Shown here one piece after another: positions 36,083 through 45,149 of a stretch of DNA of 64,000 bases. The translations under genes and the position numbers were made by a program. Source of the stretch: a virus; the IMG/VR virus record IMGVR_UViG_3300035698_034576, positions 19,152 through 83,151 of that record. The stretch is one strand, 5' to 3'. The notes beneath the pieces are model-generated. The model saw only the letters and a list, made by a program, of their open reading frames with translations, searched no databases and was not told the DNA's origin. Each line of letters opens with the position of its first letter. Within the stretch, counting starts at the first letter, position 1.

Positions 36083-36562
36083 ATGAAGAAAGTACCGGAA
36101 GAATTAAGAGATATTGTTGAAAGAAGGAATAAGTTTTTAACCATTGCTTTTTCAGAATTAAAGGACCAAATTAGGATAATAGGAAATCCACAAGCTCCAG
36201 CAATTCTCTTTAACGATACGATTATTATAAGTTGTTACGTTAAAAACTTTAACCTTCATTTCACAAACAAGCCTTATGATGGGGAAATTGTTTCAACGTA
36301 TAAATTGAAAAGTGGGTTTGTTCTTTCAAAGCAAACTATCAAGAATCACCTAAAAGAGAGTGAGCATAGAAAAATCTTTAGAATATCTTTCCAAGGATCC
36401 TCTCTATTTTTGACTGGATGGAACTATAGAGGCCGAGGGGAGCAGGAGGAACTCTATCCTGTTTTTTCCAGGCACAATCCGAAGGTTTATTTTACCCTAA
36501 AGAAAGCTGAAGAGGTTTTAGAGAGACTTAGGGGCTTTCATTATATTGTTGATATATTGTAA
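36083..36562 (+). CDS. Hypothetical protein
   Basis: 159-aa ORF. Confidence 0.6.
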   Translation: MKKVPEELRDIVERRNKFLTIAFSELKDQIRIIGNPQAPAILFNDTIIISCYVKNFNLHFTNKPYDGEIVSTYKLKSGFVLSKQTIKNHLKESEHRKIFRISFQGSSLFLTGWNYRGRGEQEELYPVFSRHNPKVYFTLKKAEEVLERLRGFHYIVDIL

Positions 36563-36611
36563 TAGAGGCTGTCCTTATTTTTTTTGTTATATTTAATAAA
36601 AATAAGAGTAG

Positions 36612-36950
36612 ATGAAAATACTTATTGCAGAAGACGACTTCATATCCGCCCTACTATATAATAAGATCCTTAAGGAGCACACCATATCCATTGTTTTAGA
36701 TGGAATTGATTTCATACAGGAGCATTCTTCTGAATATGATTTATTTATAATAGATTTATATCTAAGGAGGCAGAGTAGCTATGAAATCATAGACTATCTT
36801 GTTTCTGTTGGAAATACTAAACCTATTCTTGTAATTTCAGCCATAGATTTTGATAAAAGACTTATAAAAGAAAGAGACACTGAGATAAGTGTTATGAGGA
36901 AGCCTATTTTGTCAAAAAAACTATTAGAATTCATAAATTTAATAAAATAA
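36612..36950 (+). CDS. Stand-alone CheY-like receiver domain
   Basis: KILIAEDD, YDLFIID (phospho-Asp), LVISA and KP motifs all present. Confidence 0.85.
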   Translation: MKILIAEDDFISALLYNKILKEHTISIVLDGIDFIQEHSSEYDLFIIDLYLRRQSSYEIIDYLVSVGNTKPILVISAIDFDKRLIKERDTEISVMRKPILSKKLLEFINLIK

Positions 36951-36954
36951 AAGA

Positions 36955-37401
36955 ATGTGTAAAGTTACCGATAGTATAATTGAGAGTGCAAAAACAATTG
37001 AGAGAATTGTCACAAAGACAATGAAAGAGATGGAAATTTCAAACATTACCATAAAAGCTGGAAAAGATATTGTTTATGTTTCCGACCTCTCTACAAATAA
37101 AATTGTTTTTCTAAATGATCAAGCAAAACTTCTTTTTGGAGATGCTGTTGGAGAGACATGTTTTACCGCCCTTCAAGATAGTGAATTTGAGTGTGATTAT
37201 TGTAACAATGAAGAGTTATTAGCCAATCCAGAGAAAGAGGTGGAGTGGATATTCTTCAACAAGAAACTTGGTAAATTATTTCGCATAGTTAACTATGTAA
37301 AAAAATTAGAAGATAAAACTTATAGATTTGAGAGAGCCTCTGATATAACAGATCAAGTGGGGGATATAGCTCGCTTGAGTAAAATCCACAAGTTGATATG
37401 A
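36955..37401 (+). CDS. Stand-alone PAS domain protein
   Basis: IVYVSD..IVFLNDQAK..GETCF...CDYC...SDIT. Confidence 0.75.
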   Translation: MCKVTDSIIESAKTIERIVTKTMKEMEISNITIKAGKDIVYVSDLSTNKIVFLNDQAKLLFGDAVGETCFTALQDSEFECDYCNNEELLANPEKEVEWIFFNKKLGKLFRIVNYVKKLEDKTYRFERASDITDQVGDIARLSKIHKLI

Positions 37402-37817
37402 GCGAAACAGAAGAATTAGTAAAAGCGATCGAGACTATGAGTAAGGGTTTTGAGTCGTTAAGAGATAAAATGGAGAATGACAAAAAATCCTCGAGCTTTG
37501 ATTATGTAAAGTGGATAGGAGGACTTGTCCTTGTTTTCATAACAGCATTTTCTGGGAATAGTATTTCTAACGCAAACCTCTTAAATAAAGTAGAAAACAA
37601 TGAAAAAACTGCTAAAACAATTAGCAGTCGCATTGGCTCTTTAGAATCGGAAATGGATATTGTAGTAAAGGATCTTTATGCAAGGGATCATCTCAATGTA
37701 TCTAAGGAAACATTTTACGCTGCATGGTACAATCACATAGAGAAGAATAATTATAACTTTAGAAGAATAGGCGAAAAGATTAACATATCCCTCATAACAG
37801 AAGAGGGGAATAAATAA
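37398..37817 (+). CDS. Single-TM protein, possible holin or antiholin
   Basis: TM segment WIGGLVLVFITAFSG flanked by coiled regions; ATGA-coupled to the PAS gene. Confidence 0.5.
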   Translation: MSETEELVKAIETMSKGFESLRDKMENDKKSSSFDYVKWIGGLVLVFITAFSGNSISNANLLNKVENNEKTAKTISSRIGSLESEMDIVVKDLYARDHLNVSKETFYAAWYNHIEKNNYNFRRIGEKINISLITEEGNK

Positions 37818-37824
37818 AAGAATT

Positions 37825-38226
37825 ATGAAAAAGAGATTTAAAAAAATATGGATATTTCTTTTATCCTGGAACGAACTAATAACAATCCCTGTTGGCCTTT
37901 TCATTTGGTGGATAGGCCCAACATTGATGCGTTGGTCGGGTTTTGATGAGACAGCTGGAGCATACGATTCAGTCGTACTAACAAAGATAGTTTTTGCTAT
38001 AATAGCGACAGGAATACTTTCAGGTTTTGCTTGGATATTTATTAAACTTGCCTTTCCAGAAGCATATCGGTATCTTGATGAGGCCTTAGGCAAAAACCTA
38101 GAAGAAGAAGTTTATAGTGAAGAGTTTTATAATAATAACATGACAAAATGGCAAAGATCAAAAGTAGTATTGTGGCTGTTATCTTTATATTTATTAGTGT
38201 TGGCCTTTTTGGTCAGTGCGATTTAA
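37825..38226 (+). CDS. Putative holin (3 TM)
   Basis: Three hydrophobic segments; overlaps the endolysin gene. Confidence 0.55.
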   Translation: MKKRFKKIWIFLLSWNELITIPVGLFIWWIGPTLMRWSGFDETAGAYDSVVLTKIVFAIIATGILSGFAWIFIKLAFPEAYRYLDEALGKNLEEEVYSEEFYNNNMTKWQRSKVVLWLLSLYLLVLAFLVSAI

Positions 38227-38687
38227 GGCAAGAGCTTCAAACGAACTATAGAGATTTAATAGGAGTAAGAGAGCTAACGGGGAAAAATGACGGAAAGAAA
38301 GTTTCTGAAATTATAGAGGCCTCAGGCTTTGATTCAGTATCAAGAATTCCTTGGTGTGCTGCTTACATTTATTATAACTTTCTTGAAATAGGGCATAGAT
38401 TGGAAATTAAATACCCAGCTTATGCCCCTTCATATTTTCCTGAAAACAGAGTTATTTATACAAGAGGAAAAGGGAAAAAGTGCACTCCTTTAGAGGGGGA
38501 CATTATAGGAATCTATTTTTCATCTAAAGGAAGGATTGCTCATGTTGGGTTTTATGATGGAGAAAATGAGGATTACATAATTTCCGTAGAAGGAAACACA
38601 AATAAAGCTGGAAGTCGAGAGGGTGATGGAGTTTGGGTAAAATACAGACCAAAAGGAACTATTTATAAAATAAGCCGATTTTTATGA
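38148..38687 (+). CDS. CHAP/NlpC-type endolysin with signal peptide
   Basis: PWCAA...GDI...HVGF...SVEGNT. Confidence 0.8.
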   Translation: MAKIKSSIVAVIFIFISVGLFGQCDLRQELQTNYRDLIGVRELTGKNDGKKVSEIIEASGFDSVSRIPWCAAYIYYNFLEIGHRLEIKYPAYAPSYFPENRVIYTRGKGKKCTPLEGDIIGIYFSSKGRIAHVGFYDGENEDYIISVEGNTNKAGSREGDGVWVKYRPKGTIYKISRFL

Positions 38688-39022
38688 TTAAAAAAATAGC
38701 AGTACAGGTTATCTTGTCAATCGCATTGATTGTTGTTACTTATCTATACTTCACAAAACCGGTAAAGATATTCAACACTGATCAGGTTGAGATAAATAGA
38801 TTAAATGATTCAATAAACAAGTTGAAATCTGCTTACAGTTTCCTTCTAGAAAAAGAAAGCGATAGTCTTGTTGATCTTATTGAAAGGAAGGATTCTGTTA
38901 TAAGAATAAAGAATGCTAATTACTGGAACTTAAAAAAGGAACATGAAAAAACTATTATTTCTATTATGGCTATGCCTGACGATTCCATCGTTATCCTTTT
39001 CTCAAGACTCACTATCCAATAA
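38684..39022 (+). CDS. Spanin-like protein (N-terminal TM plus coiled coil)
   Basis: Topology and position after the endolysin. Confidence 0.5.
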   Translation: MIKKIAVQVILSIALIVVTYLYFTKPVKIFNTDQVEINRLNDSINKLKSAYSFLLEKESDSLVDLIERKDSVIRIKNANYWNLKKEHEKTIISIMAMPDDSIVILFSRLTIQ

Positions 39023-39347
39023 AAGGGTTTTTGTAAGCATAGACCAATTAAGGATAGCTGTTGTAAAAATGGTTAGGCTTGATCAATTGCAAATTGAAGT
39101 AGATTCTTTGCTCTGTATAAACAAGAATTTATCAACACTTAACGTAGATTATTTTAATCTAGTTAGAATAGAAGAAAAGAAAAATGAAAATTTGCTAAAT
39201 AGAATTCAATTTTATGAGGAGATTTCTCTAAGAGAGAACGAAAGATATGAGAACATGGTTAAAGAAAATAAGAAAAAAAGAATCAAACAGGGAGTTGTCG
39301 TTTTTGCCGGAGGACTTATACTTGGAATTTTAACTACATTTTTTTAA
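38943..39347 (+). CDS. Spanin-like partner (signal peptide, coiled coil, C-terminal TM)
   Basis: MKKLLFLLWLCLTIPSLSFS|Q and GVVVFAGGLILGILTTFF; overlaps the previous gene. Confidence 0.5.
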   Translation: MKKLLFLLWLCLTIPSLSFSQDSLSNKRVFVSIDQLRIAVVKMVRLDQLQIEVDSLLCINKNLSTLNVDYFNLVRIEEKKNENLLNRIQFYEEISLRENERYENMVKENKKKRIKQGVVVFAGGLILGILTTFF

Positions 39348-39401
39348 TTCATTTAAAAAATTTTAATATATTTAATAAATAAATAACTAATAAACAAAGT
39401 C

Positions 39402-39995
39402 ATGGACAGAATTTATTTAAGACCCGACGGAACTGTAAATATGGACAGTAATTACATTCCTCAAGAGGATATGGATATAATGACGAAAAAACATTCTGAG
39501 CAACCTACCTCACAATTAGGGACCCCAGGAGAGGTTTCTGTTGTAGGAGAGTTTGGAACGAAAGATTTTCGTAAAACAGTAATTGCTTTTGACGGTGATC
39601 TTGGGGCTATTGCCGGTGGAGCAGACCTTGCTCTCGGAGCATTGATTTATACTTTTCCAGCTGGGGTTATCAGAGTAAATTCTGTAAAAGCAAATTTCAG
39701 CTTGCAGCAAAAAGATGGAAAAGTAACTGCTGACACTCCAGAGGTTGGAATTGGAAGTACCGTTGGAACAGGAGTCACAGACACATTAGCGACCACTACT
39801 GATAACATTCTTGCAGGAGTTGCTATTACAGATTGCGACGGGACAGTAGAAAAAAGAGTTGCTTCATCAACTCATACAGTTTTAGAGGATGCTGCTCATA
39901 CAGTATTCTTTAATGTTGCTGATGGATGGGCTGCTGATGGTGATGCTGCCCTCGGATTTACTGGTGAAGTAGTTATTACTTGGGAAATACTTTAA
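39402..39995 (+). CDS. Putative virion structural/decoration protein
   Basis: Gly/Thr/Ala-rich beta-type sequence; late-type motif at 39361. Confidence 0.5.
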   Translation: MDRIYLRPDGTVNMDSNYIPQEDMDIMTKKHSEQPTSQLGTPGEVSVVGEFGTKDFRKTVIAFDGDLGAIAGGADLALGALIYTFPAGVIRVNSVKANFSLQQKDGKVTADTPEVGIGSTVGTGVTDTLATTTDNILAGVAITDCDGTVEKRVASSTHTVLEDAAHTVFFNVADGWAADGDAALGFTGEVVITWEIL

Positions 39996-40008
39996 TAAAA
40001 CTAAGCTG

Positions 40009-41004
40009 ATGAAAAGCAATCGGTTCAACTTTTTCGTTCCTGCTACTATCTCTAAGTCAAGAGATAGTAGTGGTAATGAAATTATGGAAGTACAAGGAGT
40101 TGCCAGCACTATAATGAGAGATCTTGAAGGAGAATCTTTGGATCCATCAGGGTTTGAAATAGATTACTTTTTAAAGAGCGGACTGTTAAAGTGGGAGCAT
40201 GGAAAAGACCCAAAGTCTTATATAGGAACCCCAACTGAGGCTAGAGTAACCAGTAACAACGAATTTTTTATAAAAGGAAGGCTCTGGAATGACTCTGAAA
40301 CAGCAAGAAGTGCTTATGAATTAGCCAAGACTTTAGAAAAAAGCAATTCAGGAAGAAAAATAGGGTGGTCAATAGAAGGAAATTCCCTTGAAAAGAGTGC
40401 TGATGGTAAAAATATTCCAAGAGCTAGAATTACAAATGTGGTTTTAACAATGAACCCTGTTAACACAAACACATGGGCAGAAATTGTAAAAAGCAATTTT
40501 AAAGCCGACTATATAGAGCCAGAATTTGAGAAAAAAACAAATTATCAAGGGGAAGCTTGTATTTTCAGCTCAATAGAAGGAAATCAAGAAATATCCATTG
40601 ACACTGACTTTAACATTGTTAAAAAATCTATTGACCCTGACATAATTAAGAAAGATGAAACTAAGGGAGTTCCAAAAGATTTTTTAAGTGATTTGATAAA
40701 AGAGCATGAAAAATTAATTTGGCTATTAAAAGAAGGCACTAAAGAAGAGATTGAAGAGGAATTAAAAATTCAACAAAAGGAATTGGAGACTTATAAAAAA
40801 GAGTATAACTCTTTGGGTAAAACAATAAGCACTAATTCTGGAGCAGCTTTAGTAGCAGAAGATGTTGAAGGTTCTCCAAAGGTTTTGGCTAAAAGTGTAA
40901 GCTCTGATTGCATACAGAAATCAGTAACTATTCTTATAAATGCTATTTTGGAAGGAATTTTACCTAAATCTGAGCAAGAAAAGATAAAAAAAGCGATTGC
41001 ATAA
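40009..41004 (+). CDS. Prohead protease
   Basis: VQGVAST..RDLEGE, KWEH, IGWSIEG, VVLTMNPVNTNTW. Confidence 0.85.
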   Translation: MKSNRFNFFVPATISKSRDSSGNEIMEVQGVASTIMRDLEGESLDPSGFEIDYFLKSGLLKWEHGKDPKSYIGTPTEARVTSNNEFFIKGRLWNDSETARSAYELAKTLEKSNSGRKIGWSIEGNSLEKSADGKNIPRARITNVVLTMNPVNTNTWAEIVKSNFKADYIEPEFEKKTNYQGEACIFSSIEGNQEISIDTDFNIVKKSIDPDIIKKDETKGVPKDFLSDLIKEHEKLIWLLKEGTKEEIEEELKIQQKELETYKKEYNSLGKTISTNSGAALVAEDVEGSPKVLAKSVSSDCIQKSVTILINAILEGILPKSEQEKIKKAIA

Positions 41005-41042
41005 AGAAAAAATATTATATTTAATAAAAAATATCTTTTATT

Positions 41043-41924
41043 ATGAAAGAGGAAATCATGAAAAGTGTTGAGCTGTCACCAGAAAATATAAAAAAGGCCT
41101 ATGAAGTTTTAGGAATAGAAGCTCCTATTCTTGAAAAGTCTATTAAGGATAAACCTATTGATGAAAAAGAGACCGAAGGCGTTTCGGAAGAGACTGTTAA
41201 AAAGGCCTTAGAGGTTGGTGAAAAAAAGGCTCCAGAACCAGAGGTTAAACTCAAGGAGGAAGAAGAGAAAGAGGAAGAAGAGAAGGAAAGAGAGGAAGAA
41301 GAAGAGAAGGAAGAAAAAAAAATAAGCAAATCTGAAGAGTCAGATATTGTTAAGCAAGCCTCCCTCAAAGAAGAACTCGCAACTTCTCTTGAAAAATCAA
41401 TTAATGAAAAATTGAAAGCCCTTGGCCAGATAAATATCGATATTTCAAATAAAATTGAAAAATCCCTTAATTTGCTTTCGGAAGTTGATTTTAAATTGCA
41501 AAAATCCTCCAAAGAAATTGATGACAGGCTTGAAAAATCCTTAAATGAAGTCAATTCCAAAATTGAGAAATCTATCAATTCAAAAGCGGAAAGAGACGAA
41601 ACTATTTTAAAGTCTATAAATGAAATTGAGGATAGAGTTAGAACTATTGAAAATACTCCTAACACAAGAAAATCAATTACCAACGCATACATTCAAAAAG
41701 GAATTTCCCCAGAAAATGAGGAAGCGCCTATTGAGAAGTCTTTGTCCTTATCAAGGAACAGAAAAATTATATCTGATTTACTGTTAGAGAAATCAAACTA
41801 TCAGGGATCAAGTCCAAACGGAGAGTATATGAATGCTCTTATGTCTTTTGAGGCAACTGGTCAATTATCAAAAGCTGTAATGAATGATTTAAGTAAATCA
41901 GAAGGTATTAGATTTACATCGTAA
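41043..41924 (+). CDS. Scaffolding protein
   Basis: Lies between protease and MCP; acidic coiled coil with about 16 [ILV]xK[SAG] sites. Confidence 0.75.
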   Translation: MKEEIMKSVELSPENIKKAYEVLGIEAPILEKSIKDKPIDEKETEGVSEETVKKALEVGEKKAPEPEVKLKEEEEKEEEEKEREEEEEKEEKKISKSEESDIVKQASLKEELATSLEKSINEKLKALGQINIDISNKIEKSLNLLSEVDFKLQKSSKEIDDRLEKSLNEVNSKIEKSINSKAERDETILKSINEIEDRVRTIENTPNTRKSITNAYIQKGISPENEEAPIEKSLSLSRNRKIISDLLLEKSNYQGSSPNGEYMNALMSFEATGQLSKAVMNDLSKSEGIRFTS

Positions 41925-41976
41925 AAAATATATAAAGTTTGTAAATTAGGTTTGTGAATGAATTAAATTTAAAAAA

Positions 41977-43428
41977 ATGAATGAATTATCTGTTGGATTA
42001 GACTCCTATATGAGTCAATCCGGAGCAGGTGAAAGCTCACAAGCCGAACTTGCCGAACTTCAAAAAGCCTTATCCGCCGGTGCTATCACAGGCAGAGATA
42101 CTGATGGCTCATCAAGCGCATCTGGAGCCCCTTTAAAAGTTGAATCTTTGGAAGGCACTCTTAAAGTAATCACCTGGAAAGAATCTGACATCCAGCTATG
42201 GAAAAAAGTTCCAAAACTTCCTGCTTATAACACAGTTGAAGAGTACAATCAGCTGGTAAGTTATGGCGAAGAAGGCATGGGAGGCTTTAACCTAGAGGGA
42301 GAACTTCCTCAAGAAGCTGACTCAGTTTATACCAGACGATCAGAATTGGTTAAATTCATGGGGGTTACCGGTTCGGTATCTCACCCAATGCAACTTGTAA
42401 CCACAATGATTGGAGATGTTCTTCAACAGGAGATCAAAAACAAAATTCAATGGTTGCTTAAAAAAGCTGACGTTGCTCTTGCTTATGGAGATGCCTCCAT
42501 AGTACCTCAGCAGTTCAATGGTTTTTACAAACAACATCAAACTGGTGTTATGGGTGAAACAGGAACTCTTGCTGATTATTACAACTCTGGCAATACAGTA
42601 GATATGGGTGGCAAAATTCTTTCTGAAGCTGGTCTTGAAGACTCTTCTCTTGGAATTATTGAGAATTTTGGTTACGCCGATTTGCTGATGGGTTCTCCTG
42701 AAGTTTTGTCTGGATTTGTTAAAAATTTCCATGACAGTAAATTTATCACTCCAAATACTCCATCATTAACTGACGGTGTTATGGGACAAAGGGTGAAAAC
42801 TTTCATGTCTCAATTTGGTGAGATTGAGCTGTCTTATGATAAATTTTTGAAAAAACAAAGACCTCGTGCCGCTTCAGCTCCTGCTTTGACAACCGTGAAT
42901 CCTCTCGCCGCACCAACAGTTACTGCTGCAATTGAAACCTCTACTGCTTACTTCTTGAAAGCTGGAGATTACAATTATGCTGTTGCTGCTTTAAACCGTT
43001 ATGGTGAAGGAGCCATGAGCACTGCTATTTCAGCTGTTACAGCAACTGCCGGTGATGCAATGGATCTTACTGTTAGTAAGGTGACAAATGCCACTGGATA
43101 TGTTGTTTATCAGACTGAATTGGATGGTACTATTCTTTACCCGGTCCTCACAATTAGTGAAGCTCAAAGAGCTGCTGGTTATGGTGGAGGAACTGCTGGA
43201 AAAATCAGAGTTGACGGACGCATTCTAGCCAATACTGAAGAAGCATTCTTAATTGAGAATTCTGCTCAAGTTTGGTCATTTAAACAACTTGCTCCATTGA
43301 TGAAAATGGATCTTGCTGTTCTTGCTCCAGCGCAAAGATTTATGGTTCTGCTTTATGGAACTCCCCAACTTTACGCTCCAAAAAAGATGGTCCGCATCTA
43401 TAACATTGGGAAAAACCTTCCTTCTTAA
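41977..43428 (+). CDS. Major capsid protein (SPO1/Twort-like)
   Basis: LQKA|LSAG, PLKVESLE, AYGDAS, LAPLMKMDLA..LYG...APKK. Confidence 0.9.
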   Translation: MNELSVGLDSYMSQSGAGESSQAELAELQKALSAGAITGRDTDGSSSASGAPLKVESLEGTLKVITWKESDIQLWKKVPKLPAYNTVEEYNQLVSYGEEGMGGFNLEGELPQEADSVYTRRSELVKFMGVTGSVSHPMQLVTTMIGDVLQQEIKNKIQWLLKKADVALAYGDASIVPQQFNGFYKQHQTGVMGETGTLADYYNSGNTVDMGGKILSEAGLEDSSLGIIENFGYADLLMGSPEVLSGFVKNFHDSKFITPNTPSLTDGVMGQRVKTFMSQFGEIELSYDKFLKKQRPRAASAPALTTVNPLAAPTVTAAIETSTAYFLKAGDYNYAVAALNRYGEGAMSTAISAVTATAGDAMDLTVSKVTNATGYVVYQTELDGTILYPVLTISEAQRAAGYGGGTAGKIRVDGRILANTEEAFLIENSAQVWSFKQLAPLMKMDLAVLAPAQRFMVLLYGTPQLYAPKKMVRIYNIGKNLPS

Positions 43429-43453
43429 TAGTATTTCCTGATTCTTTATAATT

Positions 43454-43486
43454 AAGGCCAGAGCATTTTTGTTCTGGCCTTTTTTT
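43454..43486 (+). terminator. Rho-independent terminator
   Basis: AAGGCCAGAGCA...TGTTCTGGCCTT followed by a T run. Confidence 0.8.
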
Positions 43487-43514
43487 GATTGATTATATTT
43501 TGCTATCTTTATAA

Positions 43515-43583
43515 AAATTTGAGGATAGGCAGATTTCGCGACCTGCTGAAAAGAGGTTGACCTTTATCCTCTTCCTCGAATTT
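43515..43583 (+). ncRNA. Candidate structured leader RNA (three-way junction) upstream of the endonuclease
   Basis: Outer stem AAATTTGAGGA/TCCTCGAATTT; inner stems GCAG/CTGC and AGAGG/CCTCT; promoter-like box just upstream. Confidence 0.4.
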
Positions 43584-43837
43584 AATAAACAAAAAGGTTT
43601 TTAATAAATAAAGGTATTATGAAAAATGTTTACGGGTACATCTACTTAACAACAAATCGTGTCAATGGGAAAAGATACGTTGGACAACATAGCTCAATTA
43701 AATTAAATATTAAATATTTCGGAAGTGGGATTTATTTAAGAAGAGCTGTAAAAAGGTTTGGACTACTAAATTTTAAAGTTCAATTGCTTGAGCATTGTTA
43801 CTCTTTGAAAGAGCTTAATGATAGAGAAAATTATTGG

Positions 43838-45149
43838 GTGAACTACCCACCCACGCCAGAGGCGATATGTTGGGCTTCAAGGGTCAGTACTCCACGTAAC
43901 CGTGGCAGTTCGCCTTGATTTTTCCTGTCAGTTCCTGACAAGTAATTTTTTAAAGCAAAAGATTTTATGTTATTAGCAGCCAAAATATCTCTATCGTGTG
44001 TAACTCCACAAGATTTGCAAGTCCAAGTTCTATCGGACAATTTCAAGTCTTTGCTGATTACTCCACAAGAGCAAGTTTTTGATGATGGAGCAAAACGTCC
44101 TATTCTAAGAATGTTTTTGCCGTACCAATCAGCTTTGTATTCTAACATAGTTACAAAAGTTGACCAGCTTACATCTGAAATTGCTTGTGCTAAACAATGA
44201 TTTTTAACCATGTTTTTTACTGTCAAGGTTTCCAAGCAAATCGTTTGGTTCTCACGAATTAGCTTAGTAGAAGTTTTATGCAAAAAATCTTTACGTTTAT
44301 TTGCTACTTTTTCATGTAGCAAGGCAAGACGTTGTTTAGTGCGCTTACCTTTGGTCTTTGAATATTTTCGTTGTACATATTTTAGTTTGCTTTGTGCTTT
44401 TCGCAGATATTTAGGGTTTTCAAATACCTCTTCCTCAGAAGTGATAGCGAAGTCTTTAATTCCTAAATCTATTCCAATTGTTGTACTTTCCTTAATAGGG
44501 GCTTTAATTGGTATCTCCTCATTTGTACTAACCAATATAGAAGCGAAATACTTACCAGTTGGGGTAACACTTATAGTTGCACTTTTAATAATTCCTTTAA
44601 TTGGGCGATGCAAAATGATTTCAATGCCCTCTTTAAACTTAGGGATTATCAACAAGTCATTTTCAACTATTACATTTTGCGGCACTGAAAAGGATTGTCC
44701 ACCTTTATGCTTTGATTTGAACTTTGGAAAACCAGCCCCTTTAAAGAATTTCTTAAAAGCAATCTCCATATTTTGGATAGATTGCTGTAAAGATTGGCTA
44801 TTTACTTCTTTCAACCACTCACACTCTTTTTTAAGTTCTGGAAGCTGTTTGATTAAATAAAAAGAAGAAAAGTTGTGCTTAGAACCTAAGTACGCAGAGT
44901 TTTTTGTTTCTAAAGCTAAATTATACACGAATCTACTACTGCCAACATGCTTGGCAATCAACTCTTTTTGTGAGTTAGTAGGGTATATTCGATATTTATA
45001 TGCTTTAAACATGATTAAATATACAATATTATTTTATACAAAAAACATATATTGTCAAAAATGTATTATATTTATAGAATGTAAGTGTAAAAAGAGTCGC
45101 TTACATCTCACCCACGCAAAAGCGATGAGTGAGTTTTACACTCCGTTTT
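43838..45149 (-). mobile_element. IS200/IS605-family (IS1341-type, tnpB only) element
   Basis: Right end ...GGTAGTTCAC; subterminal hairpins at both ends; no target duplication; TTTAT 5' of the left end. Confidence 0.85.
43843..45012 (-). CDS. tnpB: TnpB RNA-guided endonuclease
   Basis: KAYKYRIYP HTH; RuvC motifs GIDLG, CLETL and DRDILAANNI; Zn ribbon. Confidence 0.95.
   Translation of the reverse strand: MFKAYKYRIYPTNSQKELIAKHVGSSRFVYNLALETKNSAYLGSKHNFSSFYLIKQLPELKKECEWLKEVNSQSLQQSIQNMEIAFKKFFKGAGFPKFKSKHKGGQSFSVPQNVIVENDLLIIPKFKEGIEIILHRPIKGIIKSATISVTPTGKYFASILVSTNEEIPIKAPIKESTTIGIDLGIKDFAITSEEEVFENPKYLRKAQSKLKYVQRKYSKTKGKRTKQRLALLHEKVANKRKDFLHKTSTKLIRENQTICLETLTVKNMVKNHCLAQAISDVSWSTFVTMLEYKADWYGKNILRIGRFAPSSKTCSCGVISKDLKLSDRTWTCKSCGVTHDRDILAANNIKSFALKNYLSGTDRKNQGELPRLRGVLTLEAQHIASGVGG

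Noticed and set aside
41250-41322. Purine-rich GAA/GAG repeat
   Set aside because: It encodes a poly-Glu/Lys low-complexity stretch of the scaffold.
43521-43583. Hammerhead or HDV-like ribozyme
   Set aside because: There is no CUGAnGA plus GAAA core and I could not build the nested pseudoknot; kept only as an unknown structured leader.
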